From: a virus
DNA: 64,000 nt
Direction: 5' to 3' (one strand)
Virus record (IMG/VR): IMGVR_UViG_3300025881_000008
Location: 1 to 64,000 of that record
The translations under genes were made by a program, and so were the position numbers. Below, piece by piece: positions 47,988 to 57,104 of this stretch. The notes under the pieces are model-generated. The model did not search any database. It was not told where the DNA came from and worked only from the letters and a program-made list of their open reading frames with translations. The first letter of the stretch is position 1. Each line of letters begins with the position of its first letter.

Positions 47988-49553
47988 TTACCAGACATAA
48001 TCAAATGATTCAATCTGATTGATTCTATCTTTAATTGACTTAGCGTAGTTCTTAGCTTCTCTTTCGTAGTAAGACTCTCTGTCGCCATATTGTTTTTCTG
48101 ACTCTTCAGCCTGCCCAATATAACTAACATATCTATTATAATCGTCTAAGATGCTTGACATATGATTAGAAGCATCTCTTAATCTAGCTTCGCTACCATT
48201 TGCTTTACGACCAATGATAATATCTTCATAACGTCCTTTTTCACCTTTAGCTAAACCGTCTTTAATTTGAGTAGTTAGAGATTCAATAGCGTCTGCAACC
48301 ATTTTGTCTAATGGTAAAGAAGCCGCTTTATTAGCTAAAATTTGGTGGTATCTGTCCATGTTCTCTTTCTTGAAGTCTTTATCTGACTTAAATGCGATTG
48401 CACCTTTTTTAGCATCAGCCCTTGAGGCTCTTTCAGCTTCAGCAGAATATTTCTGTCTTAAAAGTGCCATGTTTAAAACAATAGCTCTATCTGCAACTTC
48501 GGCAATTCTTTTTACGTTATAAAGACCTGTTCCGTCCCATCCTTTGTACTTTTTAGAAATACCAACTGAATCAGACTCGCTACCTTTAGTTAATTTATAT
48601 TGTTTATCATATTTACCCCAAGATTTAGTGTAAAATGCATTTTCACCAGAAGCAACCGCTAATAAGTAGCCTTCGCCTGGGATTGTTTTATGATCATACC
48701 ATGCATCACTAGGTGCATATGGATTTTCTTTTGGTACATCAGACACATAGAAAATAATTGAATCCACTTGCTTATTTTTATAAGCAGTCTCTGGATTAAC
48801 TACTAAAATATCTTCGTCTTCAACAAGGTCCATTTTAATTTTAGCTGTACCATAAAATGCTTTCGCTAAAGTAGCGTCGAATTTAGCGCCTTTAGTTCTA
48901 AATAAACTAGCAAGCATACTAGACTTAAATGCTTCGGTAACTAATTCTTTTGATTTATTCGTGGTGTTTAGTGAATTTACAAAGTCACCAAAACTTTCAA
49001 ATACAAAGTTTGTTTTCATGTTATTATTTGTTTTATTTTCTTTTACTAATTTTGGATTCTTATTAAGAAGTTCTTCCATGTCTAATTCTGACAAGGCCAT
49101 AAAACTATCTTCACCATATTTTTTAGCTAGTTTATCAGCTAACTTGATATCTATTACTCTTGCCACTTGACTGTAATCTAATGTTGCAACGCCAAACTCT
49201 CCAAAAATCTCTTCAGCTCTTGCGTTTGCAATTTTAAAGGGAGTTGCTTTTTCATTAATATCTATAGTAGTTGTTAATTCATTTAGAATTTTCTTACCCG
49301 TTTTAGAAAGTGTGATACCCTCTTCACTAACATTAAAATAAGTAGCGTTTCTTTTAATCCATCTCGTACTATCAACTGTCATCTCTTTTAAAATAGTATC
49401 AAACTCTTCTTTAGTAAGTTTACCATCTTTAATAGCTTCTAAAACTTTATTTCTAATTCTAGCAGCCTTGCCAACTTTAACAGCTGGGTAGTTTTCAGTA
49501 TATTTTCTTTTGACAGTGATGTGTCTTTCTTCTATTGGTTGATTATTATCCAT
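47988..49553 (-). CDS. Modular putative internal head protein (521 aa)
   Basis: IEE, INE, VTE linkers; internal MKTNFVFESFGDF preceded by an A-rich leader. Confidence 0.6.
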   Translation of the reverse strand: MDNNQPIEERHITVKRKYTENYPAVKVGKAARIRNKVLEAIKDGKLTKEEFDTILKEMTVDSTRWIKRNATYFNVSEEGITLSKTGKKILNELTTTIDINEKATPFKIANARAEEIFGEFGVATLDYSQVARVIDIKLADKLAKKYGEDSFMALSELDMEELLNKNPKLVKENKTNNNMKTNFVFESFGDFVNSLNTTNKSKELVTEAFKSSMLASLFRTKGAKFDATLAKAFYGTAKIKMDLVEDEDILVVNPETAYKNKQVDSIIFYVSDVPKENPYAPSDAWYDHKTIPGEGYLLAVASGENAFYTKSWGKYDKQYKLTKGSESDSVGISKKYKGWDGTGLYNVKRIAEVADRAIVLNMALLRQKYSAEAERASRADAKKGAIAFKSDKDFKKENMDRYHQILANKAASLPLDKMVADAIESLTTQIKDGLAKGEKGRYEDIIIGRKANGSEARLRDASNHMSSILDDYNRYVSYIGQAEESEKQYGDRESYYEREAKNYAKSIKDRINQIESFDYVW

Positions 49554-49564
49554 TTTTTGATATA

Positions 49565-49975
49565 TTATTTCTTAATCTTTGCTAAATGACCGTTTGTTTC
49601 TTCATACTGGAATGAGAACTTAGACTTTGCATAAAGAGTTCCCATTGAGAACGATACTAATACACCATCTGGTTTTTTCATAGCAGTGTTGTATGCGTCA
49701 GTTGCAGAGGCCTCGTCATCAAATACACCGATGTATTGTTTTGAGCCAGCAGAACCAATTGTATATCCTGCTTCTAATCTAATTCTTTGACCATAAAAAT
49801 CTGCAGAATTATGGGCAAATACTAAGTATTTAGTCTCACCTTTTTCTGGTAGATTATCGGCATGCTCACCGAATTCAGTTCTAGAATTATAGTGATAAGA
49901 CCCAAATTGAATAGATTCATCTACTGATATGTTATTGGCTTCTGTAAAACTTTCAAATGATTTTATATTCTTCAT
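49565..49975 (-). CDS. Putative internal head protein
   Basis: MKNIKSFESFTE...VDE. Confidence 0.65.
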   Translation of the reverse strand: MKNIKSFESFTEANNISVDESIQFGSYHYNSRTEFGEHADNLPEKGETKYLVFAHNSADFYGQRIRLEAGYTIGSAGSKQYIGVFDDEASATDAYNTAMKKPDGVLVSFSMGTLYAKSKFSFQYEETNGHLAKIKK

Positions 49976-49994
49976 TTTGGTGTATTATGTTTAT

Positions 49995-51842
49995 TTATAT
50001 ATTCTTAATAAATTGATCGAAGGTCATAACAGATTTTGACTCTGCCAAAACACCCATACTGTCTTCTAATTTAGACTTTAATTCACCATACATGTTGTGT
50101 ATCTCTTTAGGTGTTAGTTTCTTAAATAGCTTCTCATCACCATCTAGCATTGCATTTCTAACTTGCGTAGCTGAAATATTTTTACCAGTTCTTGGAATTT
50201 CAAAAAGACCAAAATCAGTCCTTACACCCAAGTCTTCTCTATATTCTGGTTTATCAACTTGATATGAATACGTTTTAAGTCTATCACTTCCAGTGCCCCA
50301 TAATACGGGTTCATAACCATCGGCTCTCATTGTATTAAACATTAGGTCAATTGCTCCCCTGTCAATAATATAAACCTTCTCAATTGGATATTTACCTTTT
50401 AGTTGGTTTAACATTTGAAGTTGAGTTTCTTCGTCGTATGGTCTAGAAAAAGCATCCTCTTTCTTTTTAGTTTTTGATTTAACTAGAAAAACAACTACCG
50501 GATAACCGTTTTGTTTATTAATAGTCTCAACTACTTTAGCATGGCCCAGCGTAAATGGTTGGAATCTACCAACGAACATGTTGACTGGTGTTTTACCTTG
50601 TTCTGGGTATTTAACTGTAAGCCCCTCTAAAACTGGACTAACTTCATGTTGAAGTTTTTGGTTAACTAAATATGTTTTAAATGTCATAACGTCATTTTCA
50701 TTTGTTTTTGCCATTACAATGCCTTCTATAGTTTCAACTATTTCATTGATTTGGTTCATTAAGTCAGTGTTAATAATGTCTGTTTCTCTAGTTCTCTTCT
50801 TTCTAAAACTACCTAACGCAATTTTAAATAACTCTGCCAAAACTTTATTTTGAATTAATGATATTGTTTTTTCATCTTTAATAAATGTACGATTAAGATC
50901 AAATCCTTTGTTGTCTGAGAAATCAGCTGAATCAAAATTAGCTCCAATATATTTAGAGGCATTCTTTTCAATGTATGCATTAAATATATTTGAGATTAAT
51001 TCAATATATCTAAGGTCTGACTCTTCTTCTGATATTTCAATAGCTAATAAATCATAGTTAGTAATAAATTCTACTAGATCTAAAATTGAAATCTGATACA
51101 TGTCAGATGGACTTCTTTCCTCTTGTGGTTTTCTATCAAATCTCTCTAGCTTAAAACTCTTAATGTTTTTACCTTCGTAGAAATTGATTATTAACCCATC
51201 AATATCTTTATCTAGTGTAAAGTTTAACGCAGGAGTATTAAGGCCATTATTAAATATATTGTATATTGTTCTAGTAAATGATTGTGATTCAAACTTAGTT
51301 ATGAAGTCTTGATCAGATGTGTTTAGAAGCGATATAAGGTCGTCCTTTTGATTAGATTGTAGTTTACCTTCAAATACAATTGGCGGTCTCTGAACTCCTA
51401 ATTTATCCGCCCATTTGTTTAGAACCTGTGGATCTCTAATTACTTTTTTAATTTGAGTAGGATCATTTGGGTTTAATACTTGTATATGTGTTAGGATTAA
51501 GTGGTTTTTAGGTAGTACATCATATTCAATGCTTACCGTTTTATTATCCAACATGTAGTCAAAGCCGAATTTCCAATCTAATGGCATCTCTTCGGTAACT
51601 TCTTTTAATATTGTTGAAAAATATTTAATACCATTTTCATAGTATTTAACCATGGTTCTATCTACTCTATCCATCTGGTATTTAGAACCGCTTTTATAAT
51701 AGTTAAAGCCTGTATCGGTTCTTTTAACATGAAATGAAGATGCTTGAATCTTTTCAGATACAACGCATGTCAGGTCCAACATAGCCAAAAAGTCATTGGT
51801 ATTAGTTGATTCAAAATATGTTCTTAAGTTTTGTAAAGCCAT
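49995..51842 (-). CDS. Fusion of a degenerate RNA-ligase-like domain and a HIGH-family nucleotidyltransferase (cytidylyltransferase/NMNAT-like)
   Basis: N-terminal SEKIQAS, IDGLII, FKLE; C-terminal GRFQPFTLGH, GSDR, ISATQVR. Confidence 0.7.
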   Translation of the reverse strand: MALQNLRTYFESTNTNDFLAMLDLTCVVSEKIQASSFHVKRTDTGFNYYKSGSKYQMDRVDRTMVKYYENGIKYFSTILKEVTEEMPLDWKFGFDYMLDNKTVSIEYDVLPKNHLILTHIQVLNPNDPTQIKKVIRDPQVLNKWADKLGVQRPPIVFEGKLQSNQKDDLISLLNTSDQDFITKFESQSFTRTIYNIFNNGLNTPALNFTLDKDIDGLIINFYEGKNIKSFKLERFDRKPQEERSPSDMYQISILDLVEFITNYDLLAIEISEEESDLRYIELISNIFNAYIEKNASKYIGANFDSADFSDNKGFDLNRTFIKDEKTISLIQNKVLAELFKIALGSFRKKRTRETDIINTDLMNQINEIVETIEGIVMAKTNENDVMTFKTYLVNQKLQHEVSPVLEGLTVKYPEQGKTPVNMFVGRFQPFTLGHAKVVETINKQNGYPVVVFLVKSKTKKKEDAFSRPYDEETQLQMLNQLKGKYPIEKVYIIDRGAIDLMFNTMRADGYEPVLWGTGSDRLKTYSYQVDKPEYREDLGVRTDFGLFEIPRTGKNISATQVRNAMLDGDEKLFKKLTPKEIHNMYGELKSKLEDSMGVLAESKSVMTFDQFIKNI

Positions 51843-51852
51843 GTTGTGTTGT

Positions 51853-53139
51853 TTATCTTCCGTACTTAATAATACCCATAAGCTGGTTAATTGCAGCGAA
51901 TGTTCCTGTTAACTTAAATGTCTTGCCTTTATAAACAAAGACAATCCCTTCAGTTGGCATAATTGAATCAATTCCACCTATTCTTTCTAATCTAGCTAAT
52001 TCAGCTTCAACTTTTTGTATCTGTTCGATTGATCCACCTTTTTTAATTTTATCAGCTTCGGTTCTAATTTGATTATGTAATCTTTGCATTTCAGCATCTG
52101 GTGACGCAGCAACAAAATTAGAAGCGTTTTTTAGAATAATAGAACCTAGTTCTAAGAATAGATCTTCAAACGGTCTAATATTCTCTTTGTATTTCTTAGC
52201 AACATCTTCTTTGTCAAATTTCTTAATAATAGCTGCCTTGTCTTTTCCAAGTTCTTTGTCTAAAGATCTTAAATTAAGGGTCTTTTTATCTCCATATGCC
52301 CATCTTAATAATAAACCTTCTTTAAAGTCTTGTGTTAAATCTGGGAAATTTGAATCTATAGTTTCCCTCCACCACATTTCATGATAGCGGCTAACTTCAT
52401 CAGCGTCTGTCAAATTATATTTGTCGCGGAGCGCTTCAACCTTCTTAATAAATTTATTTTTATTTTCTTCAAAATTAAGGTCCTTACCTAATTTAATTAT
52501 TTGAGGTGGAATTATAGTAAATGTTTTACCGACATTTGCTTTAACAGACTCTAAGGCTTTTGCTATTACTGATGCAGGTTTATTATCTTCACCAATTATA
52601 TTACCATTACCATCTGTCTTTTTTATACCATGAAATTGAATAATATCTCTATCATAATAGATTACATTTGGATTTTTAGAATAGATCAATTCCATGTTCA
52701 TCCAATTGAGTCCATTTTCAAATACTTCTTGTTGAACTTTAGCTGGTAATTTAATCAACGCATTGGCTAAATCTTCTGCAGCAAACTTAAAAGTTTCTTC
52801 AACCATTGCAGATGCATGTCCATCAAATTTTTGCTTAAACGTTTGAAGATCCATTGGTGTTATAAGTTCACCCTTGTTACGAGCAAATTTAACCTCACCA
52901 TCTTGAATAGTTGCAAATACATTTTGTCCATCTGTTTTTTCAGTAGCGTCCTCTTCAAAATTAAGTTCACCACTTAAACCAGCTTCTATAAGAGCTTTGA
53001 AATCTGTAAATGTTAATGACTTATCATCAAATGGATGTGCCATATGACCGGCAGCCCCGCCTTCTAAAATTAAAGCTTCTTTTATATTTGAATGTAATTT
53101 TTCAGTTACAAACTGTTCAAAATTATGGTAGATCTTCAT
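51853..53139 (-). CDS. ATP-dependent ligase-fold nucleotidyltransferase (Rnl2-like), putative internal protein
   Basis: Motif I TEKTDGQN, ARNK, motif III NMEL, IIIa QFHG, motif IV EGIV, motif V FKLTG; N-terminal MKIYHNFEQFVTE. Confidence 0.7.
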   Translation of the reverse strand: MKIYHNFEQFVTEKLHSNIKEALILEGGAAGHMAHPFDDKSLTFTDFKALIEAGLSGELNFEEDATEKTDGQNVFATIQDGEVKFARNKGELITPMDLQTFKQKFDGHASAMVEETFKFAAEDLANALIKLPAKVQQEVFENGLNWMNMELIYSKNPNVIYYDRDIIQFHGIKKTDGNGNIIGEDNKPASVIAKALESVKANVGKTFTIIPPQIIKLGKDLNFEENKNKFIKKVEALRDKYNLTDADEVSRYHEMWWRETIDSNFPDLTQDFKEGLLLRWAYGDKKTLNLRSLDKELGKDKAAIIKKFDKEDVAKKYKENIRPFEDLFLELGSIILKNASNFVAASPDAEMQRLHNQIRTEADKIKKGGSIEQIQKVEAELARLERIGGIDSIMPTEGIVFVYKGKTFKLTGTFAAINQLMGIIKYGR

Positions 53140-53163
53140 AATGTATATATTGTAATTTAATTA

Positions 53164-54891
53164 TTAGCCTAATGAGCTAGTCAGCATACCGACTGCTACG
53201 CCATAATCACCCTTAGATTTAGCTAAGATGCCATCAATTACTTTTTTTGCTTTAGCCTCATCAAATTCTTCACCAAATGCTTTTTGTAAAACCGTGGTTG
53301 CATATTCGTTAAATTCTTCATCAGATTTAACTTCAGCTTCGTTTACTTTAGATTCAACAATTGCTTTAACATCTTTTAGTTTGATGCTTTCGCTGTCAAT
53401 GTAATCCATTGCCATACCTACTAAATCATCTGAATCTAGATCGTACTTGTCTTCTGCATAATATTCATCGTCCATTAATAAATCATCACAAATATCTCTT
53501 AAAGTATCTGCATCTTGGTCATAAAGAAAATCTTCAATTTTGTTTAATTCAGACTTAGATAGTTTTTCGTTAACTACTGATTCTTCGATATATTCAGCTA
53601 GATCTGCATCAGCCCATCCTAATTCTTCATCAGCTAATACTGCTTCAAGATCTTTTCTCTTACCTTGCATTGTGATAACTGGAGTTCCGCCACCTGGACC
53701 GTCCATCTTTTTATCAATAATAGTAACCTTGTGTTTCTTTAAGAATTTTAAAAAGTCTTTATCATCTGGATCCATTGCATCCATTTCAACAGTTGCTTCA
53801 CATAAAATATCAGCGTTTTCAATAACAATACTTTCGTTAAAGAATCCATTAAATGCGTTCAATAAAGATTGACCCGCTGCCTCTTGTTTAATTTGCTCTA
53901 AGTAAAGTGCAGTACCTTCAACGATACCGATACCTGACCATCCTGCTGCGTTAGCAATATCAGAATAGTATTTGTCTAGTACTCTCTTAACTGTAGTTGC
54001 ACCGATCTTAATAAAGTGATTACCTAAACCTGGCATTTTAACTTCAAAGGTACTAATAGAACCTTTAATATTTTTAGAGATTGCAAATCCTTCTCTTGAG
54101 AAGTTAGCATCTTCCATTGCCATTTCAAATAAGTACTTAATACATCCTAATACTGATTCATTTGACATTGCACCCAAGTCAGTTAGTTTTTTTGCAAACA
54201 AGTTATTGTAAACTGTAACAACTTTCTTAGCATCTCTCTTGTATTTTACCTGAATCGCCTCATTTACTGAAACAGAAACAGATTCAAATGCTGGATATAA
54301 GTCATCATAGCCATTGCCATAAATATCAGCCATTAACCATTGCTTGTTAGCTTCGTCCCAAAGGTAAACGAATTCTGCGCTGCTATTGGTAGCTACATCT
54401 CTCAAATATTTAGAAACGTTAGCGATTGAACCCTTTGAAGGTGTCATTGCATTTTTATCTCCGTAAAAATTCATCTTATCAATACTATCTTCTAAACCTG
54501 AACAATCTCCCTTTGCAATAACAGCATCAACTGCTTTTGGGTTTTTAAAAGATTTCTTAATAATAGGTAACATGTTTTCTGGATAAGAATCGTAATGTGT
54601 ATAAATTGAAGTGATATTACCTTTCTTATCTATTTTACCAAATTGACCTCTTGTGCCCTCTTCGATAAGTGTAACTGCTTCGTTAATTTCAGCACCTCTT
54701 AATCTATTAAAAAATTCTGATCTTTGCTCTTCTGTCAATTCTTTGATTGAAGCTACTTTAAATTCAGATAAGAGTGCTTTAAAAGCCTCTGCTTCATTAG
54801 TTCTTTTTACGATCTTTTCTTCTTCTAAGTGTCTAGTTTGAGAAATCTTTGCTTCGGTAGCAAATTGATCAAATGATTTTAACTTTTGCAT
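53164..54891 (-). CDS. Modular putative internal head polyprotein (575 aa)
   Basis: MQKLKSFDQFATE; compact modules separated by IEE/VNE/LCE; late promoter at 54926-54933. Confidence 0.65.
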   Translation of the reverse strand: MQKLKSFDQFATEAKISQTRHLEEEKIVKRTNEAEAFKALLSEFKVASIKELTEEQRSEFFNRLRGAEINEAVTLIEEGTRGQFGKIDKKGNITSIYTHYDSYPENMLPIIKKSFKNPKAVDAVIAKGDCSGLEDSIDKMNFYGDKNAMTPSKGSIANVSKYLRDVATNSSAEFVYLWDEANKQWLMADIYGNGYDDLYPAFESVSVSVNEAIQVKYKRDAKKVVTVYNNLFAKKLTDLGAMSNESVLGCIKYLFEMAMEDANFSREGFAISKNIKGSISTFEVKMPGLGNHFIKIGATTVKRVLDKYYSDIANAAGWSGIGIVEGTALYLEQIKQEAAGQSLLNAFNGFFNESIVIENADILCEATVEMDAMDPDDKDFLKFLKKHKVTIIDKKMDGPGGGTPVITMQGKRKDLEAVLADEELGWADADLAEYIEESVVNEKLSKSELNKIEDFLYDQDADTLRDICDDLLMDDEYYAEDKYDLDSDDLVGMAMDYIDSESIKLKDVKAIVESKVNEAEVKSDEEFNEYATTVLQKAFGEEFDEAKAKKVIDGILAKSKGDYGVAVGMLTSSLG

Positions 54892-54924
54892 ATTATTGTT
54901 TTATTTTTATATGTTATTATTTTA

Positions 54925-56433
54925 TTATATATCTCCTTCAAAATCGACATTTTTAATATCGTATTTGAATTTCTGTTCTCTATAGATGCGTTGACGCTCC
55001 TTTGCATGTCGCATTAAATAATTATCCCAGTCCTGAGAAGATAAATCATCTACAAAATCAATAATATTAACAGAGTCCTTTGAGCTATGTTGTCTCAGAC
55101 CTCTACCAATTGATTGTCTAATAATTACCTCTGATTTAAATGATTCTGTAAAGAAGATGTTATGTATTTTCTTAATCGAGATACCCGTAGAGAAGGTACC
55201 GTATGAAGCGACTATGACGACATCTTCACCTGCCTCCATTTTTTTCTTATGTTCTTCGCGAATATCTTGATCAATACCTCCATCAACATAGTAAACTGTT
55301 TTATCACTTTCTCTGCGAAGTTTTTCATATATTTTTTTACCATGCTCAATGCGATGGAAAAGGACGAGACTATTACCGCGTACTCTGGAAATAATACTAG
55401 TAATAAAGTTAAGGCGGCCTGGTGAATTGATAACATAATTCTGCTCAAACTTAAAAACATCTTTGCTTTCATATCTGTTTTGGGACATTTCTCTAAACGC
55501 ATCTTTAGTAGATTGCGGAGCATAGTCCATTTTTATAATTTTTACTTTACATCCTGCGATATGCCCCTCATTTTGTAGATAGTTTGCACTAATCTCTGTA
55601 ATTAATGGACCTGTATATGCCATAAGTGTTAGCCTATCTAATGTACCTTCTTTTGGTATAGTACCAGATAAACCATACTTGTATTCTGCGTTAACACATT
55701 TTTGTAAGATGGTTTTAATAGAAGCTGATTTTGCTTTGTGGGTTTCATCGACAATAACTGCGTCGAATTGTTCAAAATATGCCTTTTCTTTTTTAACAAG
55801 AGACTGATATGTACCGATAATAACATTTCTACCTGGCCTAATTTTTTGGCCGCTATAAATCTGCTGTACTTTAATATCTATTGCATTCCTGTAATTATAA
55901 TCTAGGAAATCTTCGCTAGCCTGTACAACCAAAGAAACATTGGGCACGATGAATAGTATTTTTCCTGCCTTTTGCTTTTCTAGTAGATATGCAACTGTTA
56001 AAAAAGAGATGAGTGTTTTACCAGCAGAAGTTGCCAATTCACTTAAACATCTTTTAAATTTTAGAATATTGAATGCAGCCTCTATTTGATAGTCTCTCGG
56101 GGTAATTTCTGATTTTTCAAAGAAATCAATTGCCCATTGGGTAAACTTTTCTTGATTAATATTGGTATCGAATATTTCTGTAATACCTTCGAGTTTAAAC
56201 TCAAATTTATAGTCCTTGCATATACCCATGACTTCTCTCCATAGACCGGAAGGAATCCACTTATCATCTTTAATATAGGAAACATAACCGTCCCACAACC
56301 CTTTTTTAACTAAGGGGTTGAAACGCCATGACTCAATCCTCTTATTAAGAGAAATATTGAGTTGTTCTAATTCTAATTCAGTTGCTACATCAATACGAAG
56401 CAACTGTTTGTTTTCAGTTAAACTAAGCTCCAC
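54925..56433 (-). CDS. uvsW: UvsW SF2 helicase
   Basis: PRDYQ, TSAGKT, VDETH, GLSGT, QSIGRGLR. Confidence 0.93.
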   Translation of the reverse strand: MELSLTENKQLLRIDVATELELEQLNISLNKRIESWRFNPLVKKGLWDGYVSYIKDDKWIPSGLWREVMGICKDYKFEFKLEGITEIFDTNINQEKFTQWAIDFFEKSEITPRDYQIEAAFNILKFKRCLSELATSAGKTLISFLTVAYLLEKQKAGKILFIVPNVSLVVQASEDFLDYNYRNAIDIKVQQIYSGQKIRPGRNVIIGTYQSLVKKEKAYFEQFDAVIVDETHKAKSASIKTILQKCVNAEYKYGLSGTIPKEGTLDRLTLMAYTGPLITEISANYLQNEGHIAGCKVKIIKMDYAPQSTKDAFREMSQNRYESKDVFKFEQNYVINSPGRLNFITSIISRVRGNSLVLFHRIEHGKKIYEKLRRESDKTVYYVDGGIDQDIREEHKKKMEAGEDVVIVASYGTFSTGISIKKIHNIFFTESFKSEVIIRQSIGRGLRQHSSKDSVNIIDFVDDLSSQDWDNYLMRHAKERQRIYREQKFKYDIKNVDFEGDI

Positions 56434-56458
56434 ATTGTTAGAGCATTTTTATTTTTCG

Positions 56459-56881
56459 TTATAGATCTTTTAATGCAAGTCTATTACGAATGGCAAAGCC
56501 CATATTATCTAGGGTCTTAACCGAGTCTCTAAAGAATTCCACTTGGTTTTCTAAATGAGATAGTATCATATTTTCGTCGGCGAGGTCGGTTTCAATAAAC
56601 TTCTCTTTTTGTTTTTCGCCTAATTTGTAATCGTATTCATAATATCTAATATACGCTTCTCGGTACCTGACATTAACTTTATTCTTTTGTTCCTTAACTT
56701 TCATATTTAAGTATGATATCTGCTCAACTAATGATTGGCGAGAAGAAAGAACTTCAGCAATAGTTTCCTCCATGGTATTTAAGTTTCTTAAACTCTGAGA
56801 TAGCCCTTTAATAATATTGGTCCACTCTGTTCTTTGACTACTTAATTTCCTATCTAATGCTAATATATTCTCTTTGCTCAT
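56459..56881 (-). CDS. uvsY: UvsY-like recombination mediator
   Basis: Helical, 140 aa, FIETD...LDNMGFAIRN, adjacent to uvsW. Confidence 0.65.
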   Translation of the reverse strand: MSKENILALDRKLSSQRTEWTNIIKGLSQSLRNLNTMEETIAEVLSSRQSLVEQISYLNMKVKEQKNKVNVRYREAYIRYYEYDYKLGEKQKEKFIETDLADENMILSHLENQVEFFRDSVKTLDNMGFAIRNRLALKDL

Positions 56882-56882
56882 A

Positions 56883-57104
56883 CTAAAATAATGATTTCTT
56901 GCTAGGATCTGGTTTGATAAACTTAGAGATTATTTGTCTCTTTTTAAATTTGGGTTTTGGAAACTCTATATCTGGTGAATTAACTGTAAGATCTAATGGT
57001 TGAAAATCAATTAAGAGTTTCATACCTTTAAATCTATCACTGTCTCTTTGAAAATCGTCTAAGTTGTCTTCAACCATATTACTAATATCTTCTATACGTA
57101 CCAT
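56883..57104 (-). CDS. Hypothetical protein (73 aa)
   Basis: ORF coupled to the primase gene; ends KKSLF. Confidence 0.55.
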   Translation of the reverse strand: MVRIEDISNMVEDNLDDFQRDSDRFKGMKLLIDFQPLDLTVNSPDIEFPKPKFKKRQIISKFIKPDPSKKSLF

